A DNA stretch of 64,000 bases from Candidatus Kapaibacterium sp. (GTDB taxonomy: Bacteria; Patescibacteriota; Patescibacteriia; UBA9934): the NCBI GenBank assembly GCA_044350705.1, contig JBILHA010000001.1:426676-490675 (forward strand). Direction: 5' to 3'. Position numbers and translations under genes: made by a program. Shown here piece by piece: positions 19,680-29,028 of this stretch. The notes under the pieces were generated by a model. It searched no databases. It saw only the letters and a list, made by a program, of their open reading frames with translations, and was not told the DNA's origin. Position 1 is the stretch's first letter. Each line of letters starts with the position of its first letter.

Positions 19680-19688
19680 GCTCCATCA

Positions 19689-20528
19689 TCATACAATTTC
19701 CCCCTTCTTCTTTCCAAACAAAAATGCTTCATCGCCAACTTTTTTTCTTGGACGAACGAAGAGCACTACACCATCATCTTCCACACCAACCTCCTCTCCC
19801 CCATCTTTTCCTATACATTGGCCGCGCGTAACCTCTTCAAAGTCAGCGAAGATTTTTTCTGGGTTGAAGGTATTTGTTTTTGTGTGATAGAGCGATTCCA
19901 TGTGTATCCATTCTTTGGGAGATTGCACGGGGGCATTTCCTGAAATATGGCCGCGCACTATGAGGAATGCATTCATCGCTTCTTTTGCACGCGCTACGCT
20001 TTCCGGATCGTTGATGTACCCTGCTTCAAAGCAAATTCCCACGCCGCCCTGCATGTTGATGTACCCGTCAGAACCACCCGGTTCGAGCGCATCAAATCCG
20101 CTCACCATGCGCTTTGCGGGGAACGTTGCCGCATATGCAAATGCGTGTGGCTCGCATATACAGAATGGTTCGCTTTCGGGGGAGTTGCTTGCGTGAATGT
20201 CGAGGAGTGCATCGACGCCTTCAAGGTCGGAAAGGATTTCTCGGGAGCGCGCGTACTCGTATGTACGCTTCACCTCATCGGAAACCGCATCTTCGGAACA
20301 GAACAAGCGATTGAGATTATATTCGACAAAGCGAACCCCTTCTTCGACCGCCTTTGGATTTCCCACAATAATACGCACCTCGCCTTTTTCGATAGTCTGC
20401 AAGTTCATTTCTTCTATTGCGCGTATACCGGCAAGCTCGTTTCCGTGTACCCCCACGAGAATTGCACTGACGTTTCCTAATTGTGTTCCTTTGAGAATTT
20501 TTGTGGGGGGAGTTTGATTCATAGACAA
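19689..20528 (-). CDS. Succinylglutamate desuccinylase/aspartoacylase family (M14) protein
   Basis: GVHGNE, GNPKA..RF..NLNR, LLDIH, FEAG. Confidence 0.88.
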   Translation of the reverse strand: MSMNQTPPTKILKGTQLGNVSAILVGVHGNELAGIRAIEEMNLQTIEKGEVRIIVGNPKAVEEGVRFVEYNLNRLFCSEDAVSDEVKRTYEYARSREILSDLEGVDALLDIHASNSPESEPFCICEPHAFAYAATFPAKRMVSGFDALEPGGSDGYINMQGGVGICFEAGYINDPESVARAKEAMNAFLIVRGHISGNAPVQSPKEWIHMESLYHTKTNTFNPEKIFADFEEVTRGQCIGKDGGEEVGVEDDGVVLFVRPRKKVGDEAFLFGKKKGEIV

Positions 20529-20581
20529 CGCCCCATTTTTTCAGATTTTCTCTCAATTGTAAAACCTCAATTTGTTTACCT

Positions 20582-20713
20582 TTACTTCTGTTCAAGATCT
20601 TTCAGTACCACCCCTTCTCCGGTCTTCCACTCCGTCCAGCCATTTGCGGAACGTGCGAGGACAATTGCGGCGGCGGCACTCGGAGAGGAGAAGAGGTGGT
20701 CTTGGGTGAAGAT
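20582..20713 (-). pseudogene. C-terminal remnant of a DUF4357-domain gene
   Basis: Translates [43 protein letters not shown]; no start codon, abuts the stop of the upstream gene. Confidence 0.75.
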
Positions 20714-20714
20714 G

Positions 20715-21341
20715 CTAGGTCTCGATGAAATTTATCTCATCTTCGTATATGACGATCTTCTCAATTCCATCATTCCCAATTTTAACAATCTCATTTTTTA
20801 ATATTTTTCCATTCAAAAGATATCTACACCGTGCATTATTAACTTCATTTATTTCTTCGTGAGGATTTGATACTAAAAATATCCCTCTTGTAAGCTTTTT
20901 TGAGGCCTCCAGAAGCTTCCCAACTTCATCTTCTAAAAGATTTGTATTTTTATGAAAAACAATAATTAAACCATATGCATTTGTTTGTACTTTTTTCTTG
21001 TTTAAAATTTCTTTCAAAAATTCACTGAAAGTATTTTTATCTTTTTCATGAAATTCTTTAACGTCAAAAACAATACCTCTCATTCCATTAGAATCTCCGC
21101 ACGCAAAGATTACATCCCCTCTTTCTTCCTCAGGAAAGAAGAGTAAATGAGAGCATCCCTCAATGTCGTCAAAAAGTCTGCAGGCAAATAAGGAAAAATA
21201 TGCCTCTCTTATTTTTAAATATTTATGATTATTTAAAAAAATATCTTTATGCTTCTCTTTTGAATAAATCTCATGAAATATATTAAAAACACTGGATTGC
21301 GGAATGAGCCTTTTAACAGGAATGTCTCTATCTTGATTCAT
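20715..21341 (-). CDS. AT-rich hypothetical protein, possible PD-(D/E)XK nuclease fold
   Basis: ERGDVIF...VFDVKE spacing resembles PD-(D/E)XK; overlaps the end of the DUF2075 gene. Confidence 0.55.
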   Translation of the reverse strand: MNQDRDIPVKRLIPQSSVFNIFHEIYSKEKHKDIFLNNHKYLKIREAYFSLFACRLFDDIEGCSHLLFFPEEERGDVIFACGDSNGMRGIVFDVKEFHEKDKNTFSEFLKEILNKKKVQTNAYGLIIVFHKNTNLLEDEVGKLLEASKKLTRGIFLVSNPHEEINEVNNARCRYLLNGKILKNEIVKIGNDGIEKIVIYEDEINFIET

Positions 21342-23202
21342 GATTCATTGTTTTGATTTTTATTCTTTTTCTCACATACTCCTTTACGTTTTCATCCACA
21401 AAATACACATAACACCCCTTCATTCCACGTGACATGAGGACTTTGTAAATATTTCTCACAAGCTGGTTCATACGCTCGGGATTGTTTTTTAATCCCTTCT
21501 TTCCATTCGCATCTTTGTACTCATTCCATTTTGTAAAATACTCCATTTTTTCAGCATCAAACTGGAGGTCTTTCCCCACAATAACTCCCACATAATCGAA
21601 CTCAAGACCTTGCGATGTATGCACACATCCTGCTTGGTCAATACCGTCTCCATCAATTGCCCACGTCGTACCGATGCGACGAGAATTCCACGGCATACTG
21701 AAATCGTACTCTGGAATAACAATATCGTGATGATTTGCATCGGGATTTCCCGCATTTGCGGCCGTCCATTTCCATGCATATCCTGCAAGAACACGCGCAC
21801 TTTTACCTGCCGTTTGCTTCTTTTTTATCTCTGCAACTAATTCTTTCGGATCATCAAAGATGCGGAAATCAAATTTTTCCCTATCCCATCCGTCGTAGTT
21901 TGCAGTCTCGCGAATATGAAGTGTGTTATCAAGCCAATTCAAATATCCTTGAGCACCAGCGCAACGAAATTGCGCCTGTAACTCCACTTCAAATACTTCA
22001 GCACCCTCTTGTTTTACTACTCGCTTTATCTCCTCCACCGATCCCACATCATCCGGACGAATTACCTGATTATCATCAACGAAAAATATACTCACCTTTG
22101 CCGCGCGAACTATATCTTCCACCTGATTTTCTCCCTGATACATATAGGCTCCTGCTTTCTTCAAGCGATGAGCTTCATCTACGATCACTACATCAAATGC
22201 ATTCGCTTCTGTATCCACAAAACTTCCTGAACCTCTAAAAAGTGACTGGATGCGGTTCTTTGCATGCTCTTGTGCAAGTTTGTGCATGAGAACTGTTCTA
22301 AATGAAGCATTCGGCGCTACAAAAACTGCATTTTTTTCTTCTTTTAATAATCCCCCGAGAAGATTTACCGAAACGACCGATTTTCCCGTTCCCGGTCCGC
22401 CCTTAATAAGTACTACGGACTTTGATACATGCTTTAGCGCAACATGCTTTGCGGTCTCATATGCAATCTTTTGCTCATCCAAAAGCACAAACTCTTGATT
22501 TCCTTCAAGCATTCCTGAAACATGGTCAATAAGTTTTTTACTTGGACGAATACGACCATATTCAACTTCGTATAGAATATCGTCTCCGTTTCCCTTTCCT
22601 ACATACTTTTTCAAAAACTTCTCCAACTTCTCCTGATCATCCTTAAGATAGAGCGGTGCAAGATCTGTATGCTCTTTATATATCTCTGCTTCTAATGGTT
22701 CCGGATTTTGTCTTATGTAATTGTGAAGATAGGCGCACGCATGTGCATTAAGTTGCTTTGTTTCAATATTTTCATTGTAGTCTTCGAGATACATCTGATA
22801 TGAGCTCGCCTGATATGAAGGGTGTGTTGTTTCGCGTACAGCACCTCCGAGAAATGTTTTTACCAAACCATCCTTTTCGGTCGCCTCAGCTTTATCCCAT
22901 TGTTTAAGCTCAACAATGACGAAGTGTCTATTTCCTTCGTCATCATGTCCTGCTATAAAAAAATCGATGCGATTTGAAGTCGCAGGAATGACGTATTCAA
23001 TTAAAATGCCACATGTAGGATTAAGATCTGCACGCCGGACAATACGCTCCATATACTGCAAAGAGTTTGTCATTGCACGTTTTTCCGAAGGTGAAACCCT
23101 TCGCCCCAATCCATCTTCGAATGCCTTTTCTACAACATCGGCAATAATATTTCTATCAACGTATTCACGAAATTCTTCAAGCGTACTGCGATATAAAAAC
23201 AT
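21328..23202 (-). CDS. DUF2075 (Schlafen group-3-like) nuclease-helicase
   Basis: N-terminal IEY..RIDF..IVELKQW nuclease-like motif; GGPGTGKS, IVDEAHRL, QFRC, GCVHTSQGLEFDYVGV, YKVLMSRGMKG. Confidence 0.88.
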   Translation of the reverse strand: MFLYRSTLEEFREYVDRNIIADVVEKAFEDGLGRRVSPSEKRAMTNSLQYMERIVRRADLNPTCGILIEYVIPATSNRIDFFIAGHDDEGNRHFVIVELKQWDKAEATEKDGLVKTFLGGAVRETTHPSYQASSYQMYLEDYNENIETKQLNAHACAYLHNYIRQNPEPLEAEIYKEHTDLAPLYLKDDQEKLEKFLKKYVGKGNGDDILYEVEYGRIRPSKKLIDHVSGMLEGNQEFVLLDEQKIAYETAKHVALKHVSKSVVLIKGGPGTGKSVVSVNLLGGLLKEEKNAVFVAPNASFRTVLMHKLAQEHAKNRIQSLFRGSGSFVDTEANAFDVVIVDEAHRLKKAGAYMYQGENQVEDIVRAAKVSIFFVDDNQVIRPDDVGSVEEIKRVVKQEGAEVFEVELQAQFRCAGAQGYLNWLDNTLHIRETANYDGWDREKFDFRIFDDPKELVAEIKKKQTAGKSARVLAGYAWKWTAANAGNPDANHHDIVIPEYDFSMPWNSRRIGTTWAIDGDGIDQAGCVHTSQGLEFDYVGVIVGKDLQFDAEKMEYFTKWNEYKDANGKKGLKNNPERMNQLVRNIYKVLMSRGMKGCYVYFVDENVKEYVRKRIKIKTMNHESR

Positions 23203-23205
23203 ATT

Positions 23206-23559
23206 CTAAAGATCAGTATATTTCGTATGCACTCCTTTCGCTTTTTCTACAGGGTATTTCTCTTCATTCTTCCGCATCTTTTCTTCTAGTGCCGTAAAGA
23301 CATCAATATCAAAATCATGCGCCATAAGTAAAATCCAATAAAGCGTATCTGCGAGTTCCTCCCCCACCGCCTTCTTTTTATCCTCACGTTCAAGATACAT
23401 TTTCATTTCTTCTGCATTCTTCCACTGAAAATGTTCCATGACTTCAGTAGCTTCAAGTACTAAAGAGACCGCGAGGTCTTTTGGGTTATGAAATTGTTTC
23501 CAGTCGCGAGCATTGCGGAAGGCGATAATGCGCTGAGTCAAAGAATTAATATCCATCAT
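23206..23559 (-). CDS. MazG-like nucleotide pyrophosphohydrolase
   Basis: FRNARDWKQFHNPKDLA..EATE..EHFQW..EELAD..KNEEKYP. Confidence 0.9.
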   Translation of the reverse strand: MMDINSLTQRIIAFRNARDWKQFHNPKDLAVSLVLEATEVMEHFQWKNAEEMKMYLEREDKKKAVGEELADTLYWILLMAHDFDIDVFTALEEKMRKNEEKYPVEKAKGVHTKYTDL

Positions 23560-23820
23560 ATCTAGCTGCAATGGCGATACTTGTATTTTTTATAGCTTCC
23601 ATTGCAGTATTTTTTTTACCTATCTTTCAAAAAAACTTATAAGTTTTTCTCATTTATTTTGAGAATACCTTTCAGTCATATACTCGTCAATCGAGGTGGG
23701 CAATTAAAAATACCCTCGATTCGTACCATCAATATTTTTCAAAAAGGCTGTGAGACCCTTCCTTACGTCAGGGTCTTTCTTTACATCAGAGTCTTTTTTC
23801 TGCACATGATTGGAGCATAC

Positions 23821-23854
23821 AAAAAACTCCAGGATTATTCCCGGAGTTTTTTTT
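23821..23854. terminator. Bidirectional intrinsic terminator-like hairpin
   Basis: AAAAAACTCCAGGA-TTAT-TCCCGGAGTTTTTTTT. Confidence 0.75.
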
Positions 23855-23918
23855 AACTCGTCTTTATTTTTAACTTTCTATATTTCTCTACTAACCTTCT
23901 TTGATCTTCGGCAGATTT

Positions 23919-24380
23919 TTATTTTGAAATCCCTGCATCAATCGCTATCTTTTTTCTTAAATTATTTAATACAATTCTCAATTCTTTCATTTTTTCCAAC
24001 GTAAGAATCATACTAAATTCAACCTCAAGATCTCTATTCTTCTGTGTTTTAAATTTTACCAACTGCATCATGCCATCTCCATCTATTTCTGCCATAATTC
24101 CATGTGCAAATGCATGTCTTAATTGCTTAAACTCCTCTGGAATTTTTATTTTTGGAAATTTGTCATTGAATTCTTCTATTATTTCTTCGAGCCGAATGAT
24201 AGAAAAGGCTTTTGGATAAACTTTATATACTTTTCCTTTCGCATAAGGGGGCTTGGGAAATTTCGATTCTTCCCCATCTTTTTTCGCAATTGCACACCTC
24301 ATAATGAATTCTATCGCGGCGATATCCCTTACTACCTCCCCCAGGCATTCAAAAAATTCTGAGATATCTTTTTTTTGCAT
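23919..24380 (-). CDS. AT-rich hypothetical protein, putative HEPN-type RNase
   Basis: Helical protein with R-X4-H motif LRHAFAH and upstream IEFIMR. Confidence 0.55.
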   Translation of the reverse strand: MQKKDISEFFECLGEVVRDIAAIEFIMRCAIAKKDGEESKFPKPPYAKGKVYKVYPKAFSIIRLEEIIEEFNDKFPKIKIPEEFKQLRHAFAHGIMAEIDGDGMMQLVKFKTQKNRDLEVEFSMILTLEKMKELRIVLNNLRKKIAIDAGISK

Positions 24381-24381
24381 A

Positions 24382-24400
24382 TATCTCCCTCAGGATGACA
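24382..24400 (-). repeat. REP-like half element TGTCATCCTGAGGGAGATA supplying the cysS stop codon
   Basis: 19 bp identical to 25232-25250. Confidence 0.75.
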
Positions 24401-25856
24401 TGCGACTCTCCCTCACTCTCTGCCCCTTGGCAGTGTCTTCGACGGCGTAGCCTAATTCTGCCAACTGATCGCGGAGTTCGTCGGACTTTTGCCACTCTTT
24501 GGCGGCGCGGGCTTTTGCGCGGTCGTCGAGGAGCTTTTGCGCTTCATCGGTGATTTTTATAGGGCGAGCAACGACGTCTTCGAGGGCAAGACCGAGCACT
24601 TCATCCATTTTAAGCACGGTTGCGGATTTCACACCCGGAGCAAGGGTATCGTTATGCACGACTCCCCAAAAAATCGCGAGGGCACCCGGGGTGTCGAGGT
24701 CGTCGCGTATACGATCCATGAATGCGGTCATGCTTATTTCGTCGGCGTGCAGGTCGCCCGGCTTTGCCCAGTCACGGACTTCGTCGATGAGGTTGTTGAT
24801 CGCGTTTTGTGCGGCTTGCGCGGCATCGAAGGTGAAATTGAGATGCGTGCGGTAGTGTGCTCCCAAAAGGAAGAGGCGGAATGCGCGTGCGCTAATTCCC
24901 TTTTCGGCAAGTTCGTCGAGCGCGTACGTATTGCCAAGCGACTTACTCATTTTTCCGCCATCGACAAGCAAGAATTCGTTATGCATCCAAACGTTCGCTT
25001 CAAGGCATCCGCGTGCGGCATCGGTTTGTGCGAGTTCGTTTTCGTGGTGTACCGCAATGTGGTCAATGCCTCCCGTATGAATATCAAATGGAACGCCAAG
25101 GTACTTTTCCCCCATCGCAGAACATTCAATATGCCATCCGGGGAAGCCCTTGCCCCAAGGTGATTCCCATTCCATGTGACGCTTTGGCTGAGGCGATCCT
25201 GACGAAAGGAAGGATCCTTCGGTCGACTTTTTATCTCCCTCAGGATGACAAGGCTCGCTAAATTTCCAGAGTGCGAAATCTGCAGGGTTCTTTTTCTCTT
25301 CGTTTACGCCGATGCGTGCGCCTTCTTCTTTTTCAGACAGTGGCTGACGAGAAAGTTGCCCGTAGGAAGGAAGCTTGGACGTATCAAAATAGACGCCATC
25401 AGAAATGACGTATGCGAACCCGTTCTTCTCGATATCTTGAATCATGGTGATTTGCTCGGCGATGTGGTCGGTTGCGCGCGGCATGACATGCGGAAGCTGG
25501 ATGTTGAGCTTACCCAAGTCTTGCACGAAGAGATCGGTGTACTTTTTGGCGATATCCCACGCGGTCTCTCCGGTTTTCTTTGCGGCGACTTCCATTTTGT
25601 CATCGCCCTCCGATGCATCGTCAGTAAGGTGGCCGACGTCGGTGATGTTCATGACGTGGGTTACTTTGTATCCCTCAACTTCAAACATGCGGCGCAGGGT
25701 GTCGGCAAAAACGTAACTTCGGAGGTTACCAATGGAGGCGCGACCGTACACCGTAGGGCCACACACGTACATGCCGACCGTGTTAGGTTTTGCGGGAGTA
25801 AATGGACCCTGGGAGCGCGTAAGCGTGTTGTAGAGGGAAATCATAGCTTCCCGCAT
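24390..25856 (-). CDS. cysS: Cysteine--tRNA ligase
   Basis: MYVCGPTVY, NITDVGH, DFALWK, PGWHIECSAM, DIHTGGIDH..HHENE, KMSKSLGN; true start may be 25844. Confidence 0.97.
   Translation of the reverse strand: MREAMISLYNTLTRSQGPFTPAKPNTVGMYVCGPTVYGRASIGNLRSYVFADTLRRMFEVEGYKVTHVMNITDVGHLTDDASEGDDKMEVAAKKTGETAWDIAKKYTDLFVQDLGKLNIQLPHVMPRATDHIAEQITMIQDIEKNGFAYVISDGVYFDTSKLPSYGQLSRQPLSEKEEGARIGVNEEKKNPADFALWKFSEPCHPEGDKKSTEGSFLSSGSPQPKRHMEWESPWGKGFPGWHIECSAMGEKYLGVPFDIHTGGIDHIAVHHENELAQTDAARGCLEANVWMHNEFLLVDGGKMSKSLGNTYALDELAEKGISARAFRLFLLGAHYRTHLNFTFDAAQAAQNAINNLIDEVRDWAKPGDLHADEISMTAFMDRIRDDLDTPGALAIFWGVVHNDTLAPGVKSATVLKMDEVLGLALEDVVARPIKITDEAQKLLDDRAKARAAKEWQKSDELRDQLAELGYAVEDTAKGQRVRESRMSS
25196..25250 (-). 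repeat. REP-like palindromic element inserted in frame in cysS
   Basis: Sense TGTCATCCTGAGGGAGATAAAAAGTCGACCGAAGGATCCTTCCTTTCGTCAGGAT; ATCCTGA/TCAGGAT arms; encodes CHPEGDKKSTEGSFLSSG. Confidence 0.7.
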
Positions 25857-25977
25857 CGTATCGGAAATTTATTCCGAGGAGAAGTGGGTTATTCGTTATC
25901 GCCCCGTTGGTTTGATGGGGTTGATTTTTGGGGTCTTTTTGCATACGCTCAATGCGCACCCTTGCCTGGAGGTAGCC

Positions 25978-26280
25978 ATGGGTAAGTTTATTTCTCGATT
26001 CTTCAACTTTTTCGCAATTTTCTTCTGGGTGCCCGTGGGCATCCAGCTAATCGTGATCAAGATTTTTTTTGAGGTAGCTTCTCGCTACCTCCCCCTCCTC
26101 CTCGCCGTGACGCTCGGTCTCGGCGCGGCCCACTCCCTTCGCGGGGAGGGCGCCCTTGATGTGGAGGCCGCCCTGCTGGTCTCCCTCACCATCACCGCCG
26201 CCCTCGCGACGGCGTGGCGGCTTATCAAGTATGGGGTCAGCCGGCTCCACACCCTCTGGCGGGAGCGCGAGGAACTGTAA
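25978..26280 (+). CDS. Small hypothetical membrane protein
   Basis: GGAGG SD, ATG 25978, about three hydrophobic segments. Confidence 0.6.
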   Translation: MGKFISRFFNFFAIFFWVPVGIQLIVIKIFFEVASRYLPLLLAVTLGLGAAHSLRGEGALDVEAALLVSLTITAALATAWRLIKYGVSRLHTLWREREEL

Positions 26281-26386
26281 TGAATCCGCGCCTCGTCACC
26301 CCCCCCGTCTCATCGGCGGAGTTTTTTCTTGATATATTTTTCTTTTTTGTGCATTCTTTTTTGCACACCCCACGCTGGAGCGCACG

Positions 26387-26521
26387 ATGCACGTGTACTA
26401 CCTCGCCCCCATCCTGATCACCTCCCTCTGGATCGCGGGCGTTACTGTGACGCTCGTTGCTCAGGAGCTTGCCTCCCGAGCCCTTTGGCTCTTGGGGGAT
26501 GATTTTCTCCTGGAGTGGTAA
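26387..26521 (+). CDS. Small membrane protein (44 aa)
   Basis: GGAG SD; MHVYYLAPILITSLWIAGVTVTLVAQELASRALWLLGDDFLLEW; followed by a terminator. Confidence 0.5.
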   Translation: MHVYYLAPILITSLWIAGVTVTLVAQELASRALWLLGDDFLLEW

Positions 26522-26541
26522 GCACCCCCCCCTCTCGTCTT

Positions 26542-26576
26542 CTCCCACCGTACTCTGCGGTGGGAGTTTGTTTTTT
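26542..26576 (+). terminator. Intrinsic terminator
   Basis: CTCCCACCG-TACTCTG-CGGTGGGAG-TTTGTTTTTT. Confidence 0.75.
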
Positions 26577-26701
26577 CTTTATATCCCTTTCATCTACGTA
26601 TAAATTGTGCGCAAAAACACCCTCTTACTATCGCCCATAGTCAAATATGGTACACTCCTTTTCAATCGGCACATCTCGCTCCGCCGATTAAGGATGTCCA
26701 G

Positions 26702-26860
26702 ATGCGACGACTTGTACTCTTGTCCGTCGGCGTCGGCCTTGTCGTCTTCGTCGTCTTCGCGATGATACTAACGGCGACGCTGGGCGGCGAGTGGTGGGCG
26801 CTCTCGGCCCTCGCCGGCGGAGCCTGCGCCCTCACCTTTTTCGCCTTCGCGAGAGACTAG
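26702..26860 (+). CDS. Small two-TM membrane protein (52 aa)
   Basis: AAGGA SD; MRRLVLLSVGVGLVVFVVFAMILTATLGGEWWALSALAGGACALTFFAFARD; hairpin plus T-tract near 26900-26942. Confidence 0.5.
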   Translation: MRRLVLLSVGVGLVVFVVFAMILTATLGGEWWALSALAGGACALTFFAFARD

Positions 26861-27200
26861 ACGACTAGAGGAGCCCGACGATCCTCGTCCCTCCTCCCTT
26901 CCCCTCGCATGAACCGTTCGATGCGTGGGGTTTTCTTTTTTTGCTCCAAAAAACAAAACATCCTCCGTGCGTTCGTTGGAGGATGTTTTGTGTAAATTAT
27001 GCAACGAGGATTCGACAGAATCGCTCGGTAGGAAGAGTATACATCATTCTCACGCGCTCACCTGCAGGAGATCCCCAAGGTCCTCGAGAAGCATCAGCAC
27101 CGTCTCGTCATGCCGACCGGTCCCATGCGCTCAGGAAAGACCTCCATGCGGTTGAGAACACATCACGCATGGTGCGGGGCTTTTCGTTTTTATTTTCACC

Positions 27201-28268
27201 TCACGCAATACGATGATCCAGTTCTTTCAGTAACTCAGCTTCCTTCTTTCCGAGCTTTGTCGGGGTTTGCACTTTGATCATCACGATATGATCACCGCGA
27301 CCACCGCGTGCCGCAGGAACGCCTTTTCCTTTCAGGCGCAACTGATCGCCGCTTTGCGTGCCTTGCGGAATGGTGAGCTCCACTTTTCCATCAACGACAT
27401 CTACCGTTACTTTATCTCCCAGTGCCGCTTGCGTGAAGCCGATGATTTTTTCTGAATAAATCGCCGTACCCTCTCGACGGAAACGCGGATCAGGGGTGAC
27501 GCGCAATTGCACGTATAGATCTCCTGCATCTCCCCCTTGCACCGCCTCTCCCTCTCCGCGTACCCGGAGCTGTACGCCATCATCTACACCGGGAGGAATA
27601 TCAACGGTAATTGTTTTTCTTGCGTGCGCGGTTCCCGCCCCCTGACACGCAGTGCAGGTTTTTTCCGGCTTTTCTCCTCGGCCATCACAATCTGTACACG
27701 CCGTGCGCATTTGCATGGCGCCGAGAATCGTTTGATGCACCTGTACCGTTGTTCCTTTTCCTTTACAGGTCGCGCATGTTTTCATGGCGCTTCCAGGCTC
27801 CGCACCTACGCCGCCACAGCGTTCGCAATGCGCGGTTTTTGCAAGAGGAATTTCTTTGGTTATTCCAAACACGGCTTCTTTAAATGAAAGCGTGAGAGAT
27901 ACCACAAGGTCTTCACCGTGACGCGCGCGACGACCTCGACCTCCCCCTCCTCCAAACATGCTGCCAAAAATATCTCCAAATTCTTCAAACATGGAAGGAT
28001 CAAATCCTCCCGGGAATCCCTGCGCTCCTCCGAAGCCGCCAAATCCCCCGAAGCCCTGCGGACCTTCCGCACTTCCGAATTGATCGTAGCGCTTCCGCTT
28101 TTCAGCATCACCAAGCACCTGATATGCCTCGTTTACCTCTTTAAACTTGTCGGCATTTCCCCCTTTGTCGGGATGATGTTCGTGTGCAAGTTTACGAAAA
28201 GCGCGCTTCACATCATCTTGCGAAGCAGATTTATCGACACCTAATATTTTGTAATAGTCTTTGGACAT
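27201..28268 (-). CDS. dnaJ: Molecular chaperone DnaJ
   Basis: J-domain HPD, G/F region, four CxxCxGxG repeats. Confidence 0.97.
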   Translation of the reverse strand: MSKDYYKILGVDKSASQDDVKRAFRKLAHEHHPDKGGNADKFKEVNEAYQVLGDAEKRKRYDQFGSAEGPQGFGGFGGFGGAQGFPGGFDPSMFEEFGDIFGSMFGGGGGRGRRARHGEDLVVSLTLSFKEAVFGITKEIPLAKTAHCERCGGVGAEPGSAMKTCATCKGKGTTVQVHQTILGAMQMRTACTDCDGRGEKPEKTCTACQGAGTAHARKTITVDIPPGVDDGVQLRVRGEGEAVQGGDAGDLYVQLRVTPDPRFRREGTAIYSEKIIGFTQAALGDKVTVDVVDGKVELTIPQGTQSGDQLRLKGKGVPAARGGRGDHIVMIKVQTPTKLGKKEAELLKELDHRIA

Positions 28269-28290
28269 AGGGTGTGGGAACGCAGGGGTT

Positions 28291-28347
28291 GGGGAGTGAG
28301 GGGAGTGAGGGGAGTGAGGGGAGTGAGGGGAGTGAGGGGAGTGGGGG
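28291..28347 (+). repeat. Tandem (GGGGAGTGA)x5 plus a partial unit upstream of dnaJ
   Basis: Direct reading; reverse complement is (ACTCCCCTC)n. Confidence 0.95.
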
Positions 28348-28367
28348 AAGCCTGCATGTCATGCTCA

Positions 28368-29024
28368 TTACACTCCCATTCTTTCAACATCAGTTGCGGT
28401 AATCTCGGTAAAGTCATCGATGAGCCCTTCTACACCAGGAAGTTCGCGCAGAAAGAGCCGGTCTCGTACGCCCACTACCTGCATGCCGGCAGCTAAGGCG
28501 CTCTCCACTCCTGCGGGAGCATCTTCGAAGGCGAGGCACTTTGCAGGATCTACTCCCATACGGTCCGCGATCGCAAGAAAAACATCAGGAGCAGGCTTTG
28601 GATTTTTCACCTCTTCTCCCGATACACATCCTTCGAAGTATTGCAGGAGGCCCGTCATCTTGAGCGCCTTCTCGCGATACTCTTTTCCGCTCGCGGTCGC
28701 GACTCCGAGACGATAGCCGCGATCGACGAGCGCTGAAAGAAATGATTGCACTCCCACTTTTGTCACGAGCGCTCCTCTCTCGAACAATCTCCGCTTCGCC
28801 TCGGCGCGGATCATATTGAGCTCTTCGAGCGTCATGCGCACGCCCACCTGCTCTTCTAAGATCTGCAAATTTACCTCTTTTGACCTTCCCATCATGAGCG
28901 CATGGTGCTCTCCTGTATATTCTTTTCCGTACTTTGCGCAGGCTTCAAGGTATGTCGTAAACCAGACCCGTTCGGAATCAAGCAGCGTTCCGTCTAAATC
29001 AAAGATCATCGCCTGGTACGACAT
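28368..29024 (-). CDS. HAD-family phosphatase (beta-PGM/YqaB-like)
   Basis: IFDLDGTLLDSE, VATAS, KPAPDVF, FEDAPAGVESA. Confidence 0.9.
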   Translation of the reverse strand: MSYQAMIFDLDGTLLDSERVWFTTYLEACAKYGKEYTGEHHALMMGRSKEVNLQILEEQVGVRMTLEELNMIRAEAKRRLFERGALVTKVGVQSFLSALVDRGYRLGVATASGKEYREKALKMTGLLQYFEGCVSGEEVKNPKPAPDVFLAIADRMGVDPAKCLAFEDAPAGVESALAAGMQVVGVRDRLFLRELPGVEGLIDDFTEITATDVERMGV

Positions 29025-29028
29025 ACGC

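Noticed and set aside
23560-23920. Retron msr-msd or integron attC site
   Set aside because: No reverse transcriptase or integron integrase nearby, and no clear RYYYAAC/GTTRRRY box pair
27060-27150. TGPMRSGKTS thymidine-kinase-like P-loop in a + frame
   Set aside because: No start context, and no other TK motifs follow; may be chance or an unprovable remnant
28291-28347. Possible CRISPR array
   Set aside because: Contiguous 9-bp units with no spacers; no cas genes or repeat-spacer arrays seen anywhere in the window
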